Source of the DNA: Macrostomum lignano
Lineage: Eukaryota
DNA length: 64,000 nt
Direction: 5' to 3'
Assembly (NCBI GenBank): GCA_002269645.1
Contig: NIVC01002757.1
Location: 1 to 64,000 of the forward strand
A program made the translations under genes and the position numbers. The notes beneath the pieces are model-generated. The model searched no databases and was not told the origin of the DNA. It saw only the letters and a program-made list of their open reading frames with translations. This document shows positions 62,001 to 64,000 of this stretch, one piece after another; the stretch's first letter is position 1; every line of letters begins with the position of its first letter.

Positions 62001-64000
62001 AAGCGTTCTGTGTCCGTGCGCCAGTGCTACGTGAAAAACTGTCGCCGAAAACTGTACATCCAAAGTCGTTTGCAGTTGTGCTGCAAGCCGAAACCAAAGC
62101 GGCATCGCTATTGTGAGAAAAAATCTGGGAAGTGGGTCACAAAGACATTGCACTACAAGTGAGTTAAATGCCTCCGTCTATGTACTTTTATTAGGACCAT
62201 TTTGTTATTCACTCCTACGTTTATGGATAATATGAAACAAACGCTTTCCCTAATGTTGTTTCTCAGACTTGTTCCATCTGGTCCCTGCTGAAAGACCGAC
62301 ATGGTCGAGTCCTAGCTAAGCAGCTGAAGGTGGTAGCCACAACTAAACGTCACTATCGAAAAGTACGCTGCCCTCGAAATAAAACTCGCGAAAATTGTCA
62401 CCGACGTTCCGGCCGCTGGGAGAAAACCCAAATTACTTGGCGTCGCGTTGGCTGTCATTGCAAACGTCGAATCGTTCGTAAAAGGGGTCGATGCAGTGAG
62501 TTCTTCTCTGAAAAAATCGTTAATTCGAATCACTTTTCTTAATTAAAATGCAAGCATTAAACTTAAATATTATTACTAAACCAAAACAGAGTGCCCACCA
62601 AAGCGAGTCCGCTGGGGTCGGTGCCATAACAGACACAAGGTTCGCACCGTCATCAAATTTTTCCTGAGGAGTCAAAAATGTCACCGCGAAGTCAAGAAGC
62701 GACTATTCCTGTGTGCTTGCCCCAAGCCTCGACGTTACACCGTGTGCGACGGCAAAGGTGCCTGGAAGAAGTGTCATGTGACGTATCGTCTTAAATTCCG
62801 TCAACAGCGCTGCATCAAAAAGCGACACTGCCGAAGTCGCCTACAAACGTGCGAGGCGTCGTCTGAAACTCGTAGCAAGTGCAAGCATTGCCACCGAATA
62901 ATTCGCACAGTCTCGTGGCGCTTGAACCGACGTAAGTGCTCGTGCACTCGAATAACTCGCAAGCGAAAGGTCGAATGCGATTGTCGGAAGCGGAATAGTC
63001 GGAAGACTGTTTGCAAGCACGGAGCGTTCGTCACGAGCATTGTCAAGTATCATCAAAAAGGCGAGAAGTGTGCCAAGGTTGTCCGAAAGATTACAAGAGC
63101 TGTCCGTAAGTTTAACCTTCTTTTTTCGGTAAAAAGCTACTCATATTAGCGATGCAAATTACTCCTAAATATAATGTATTTATCGTGCAACACTCAATCA
63201 GGCTGCAGTCGTCGCCACATCAAGCGAATTTTGAAGGGCACCTGTGTGAAAAAGGCTGGTCATAAGCGCCGCGGCTACCAGAAGCTGTTACGGCTGTGGC
63301 ACGAGCGTCGTGGTTGCAAATGCTACCGAAAACGAGTCTATTCCTGGGTGCCATGCGTCTGTCACCTGATTAAGAAATACCGAACAAAACGATCGGTTTA
63401 TTGCAGCCGGGGTCACGTGACTGTTCACAAGAAAGTTTATTACGTTCTAAAGAGGAAGAGCCACAGATGTGTAAAGCGTGTCCACAAACGAAGGACTCCA
63501 GTTGGTGAGATTTATGTTTAAGCTTATTTACTGGTTTTAAGCTAATCTGTAGGCAGCACAAAGCAAATCGAAATTCAGGATAGTTGGTTAGGTATCTATT
63601 TAGGTCTACAATCAGTGAATTTAGGTTAGTTATAGTTGTACTGATGCAATGTCTACTGATGCAATAACTTCCAGTATGCAAGGGCACCAGGACCCGACGC
63701 AGTCGTTGCAAGCCAAACGGCAAAGGCGACAAGTTTTCTGTCACACGAGTTCTGCGTCAGCGCAGCGATGGCAAATGCGGCTGTGCTTGGCGTTCGGAGA
63801 GCACGCGTAAAAATGTTTGCCACTGCCGTCCACCTCGCCGAATTAAGCGCTGCGTGCAGAATAAGACGCGTCAACAAATCCTTATCCGCTACCACCCAGT
63901 TCGCGGACGCAGTCACTGCAAAGGAAAGCGCCGTGTTTACAACAAGCATCTGTCCTGCCCGAGCAACTTCTCCCGACGAGACAAGTGTCATCGATGTACT
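47015..64000 (+). CDS. Giant secreted protein: signal peptide - atypical VWD - C8 - TIL - 2x ShKT - ~2,750 aa Cys/Lys/Arg-rich modular region (3' end beyond the window)
   Basis: Exons: 47015-47093 (MAAGQVPLLAALVCLAALSGPTLAHS), 48138-48412, 49530-50019, 50952-51386, 51931-52068, 52653-52946, 53345-53740, 54338-54592, 55331-55650, 55740-56310, 56395-56661, 56741-57157, 57233-57364, 57487-58339, 58484-59409, 59501-59785, 59865-60002, 60095-61016, 61104-61411, 61513-62158, 62267-62495, 62590-63105, 63202-63504, 63675->64000. About 9.5 kb coding (~3,170 aa in window). All junctions are GT-AG and phase-matched except 62158/62267 (see findings). Confidence 0.85.
47200..48040 (+). repeat. 37-nt intronic minisatellite GGCAGATCAGGGTAGACATTGAGAGGTAATTTTAATT
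   Basis: About 20 degenerate copies in intron 1 of the secreted-protein gene. Confidence 0.9.
48138..50019 (+). CDS. VWD-like and C8-like domains of the secreted protein (exons 2-3)
   Basis: DCYASVGGARGHIYQFDG (cf. VWD C..xGDPHY.TFDG), AVTVKVDG...RKLTVNGQ, WVGFDGDW...LSGKYRGKLEGLAGDCDG (cf. Y.GK.CGLCGNFDG), then C8-like C..VING..CFNREVLRPCIADAC....LCTSFYLQSRRC......WRHRSGC. Confidence 0.75.
48447..49345 (-). repeat. 28-nt minisatellite (reverse complement of the 20170-21005 family)
   Basis: GATCTGGGAGGCTGGCCCAGCAACTGAG x ~30; the minus-strand translation matches the LLGQPPRSSVAGPASQILSCWAS pattern seen at 20 kb. Confidence 0.95.
50136..50850 (+). repeat. ~43-48-nt intronic minisatellite CAGGTGAAATCAGAGATAAGGTGGG..GGCGGCCCTCATCT
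   Basis: About 15 copies. Confidence 0.9.
50960..51386 (+). CDS. TIL domain followed by two ShKT domains (exon 4 of the secreted protein)
   Basis: TIL: CGPNEHFTSRASPCPATC..C....EGCRCKRGFVLDSSNRCVPPKEC. ShKT: CLDRMPRKKCLKWRARGRCKRYPEVMARFCRLTCGHC and CGENQFSDKLCKNILRQGKCSKPLYKAVCAATCGRNKC. Confidence 0.85.
51460..51845 (+). repeat. Degenerate ~22-nt repeat built on GGCGCCAAAATAG
   Basis: About 16 occurrences of GCGCCAAAA in intron 4. Confidence 0.8.
52152..52580 (+). repeat. 15-16-nt intronic minisatellite GGGGCTTTAGCACCAA
   Basis: About 27 tandem copies. Confidence 0.95.
52990..53325 (+). mobile_element. tRNA-derived SINE, longer (probably near full-length) copy
   Basis: A box TAGCCTAGTGG, B box GGTTCGATTCC, CORE-like central segment, extra 3' body and an ATTTACCTTT-type tail reminiscent of CR1/L2-clade 3' ends (partner assignment is inference). 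Confidence 0.85.
54728..55200 (+). repeat. 20-nt intronic minisatellite TGATGATCCTGTCTAACAGG
   Basis: About 23 tandem copies. Confidence 0.95.

Noticed and set aside
49542-63991. Numerous minus-strand and alternative-frame ORFs over the secreted-protein gene
   Set aside because: Shadows of stop-poor Arg/Lys/Cys codon usage on the plus strand; no independent motifs or splice structure.

Overview
Eukaryotic (animal, probably invertebrate) genomic DNA with GT-AG spliced genes and a different minisatellite filling nearly every large intron. The style suggests a free-living flatworm such as Macrostomum, but that is inference only. (1) 1-9.3 kb: a head-to-tail array of a diverged ~1.2-1.3 kb complex repeat carrying short (TTAGGG)2-4 tracts, hairpins and microsatellites. 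(2) 9.9-43.9 kb (+): a kinesin-6 (KIF20A/KIF20B-like) gene, hand-spliced into 40 coding exons (7,674 nt, ~2,557 aa if all are included). Its coiled-coil stalk was expanded by tandem exon duplication: 20 near-identical copies of a 135-nt phase-0 exon and 3 copies of an 87-nt exon, arranged in higher-order blocks, on top of an older family of diverged 117-nt exons. (3) 47.0 kb to the window end (+): a very large secreted protein (signal peptide, atypical VWD, C8, TIL, 2x ShKT, then ~2,750 aa of non-identical Cys/Lys/Arg-rich modules), at least 24 exons, with one apparent 1-nt frameshift near 62.28 kb. Two tRNA-derived SINE copies are also present. Exon boundaries were read by eye from splice consensus and frame continuity; no database searches were run.
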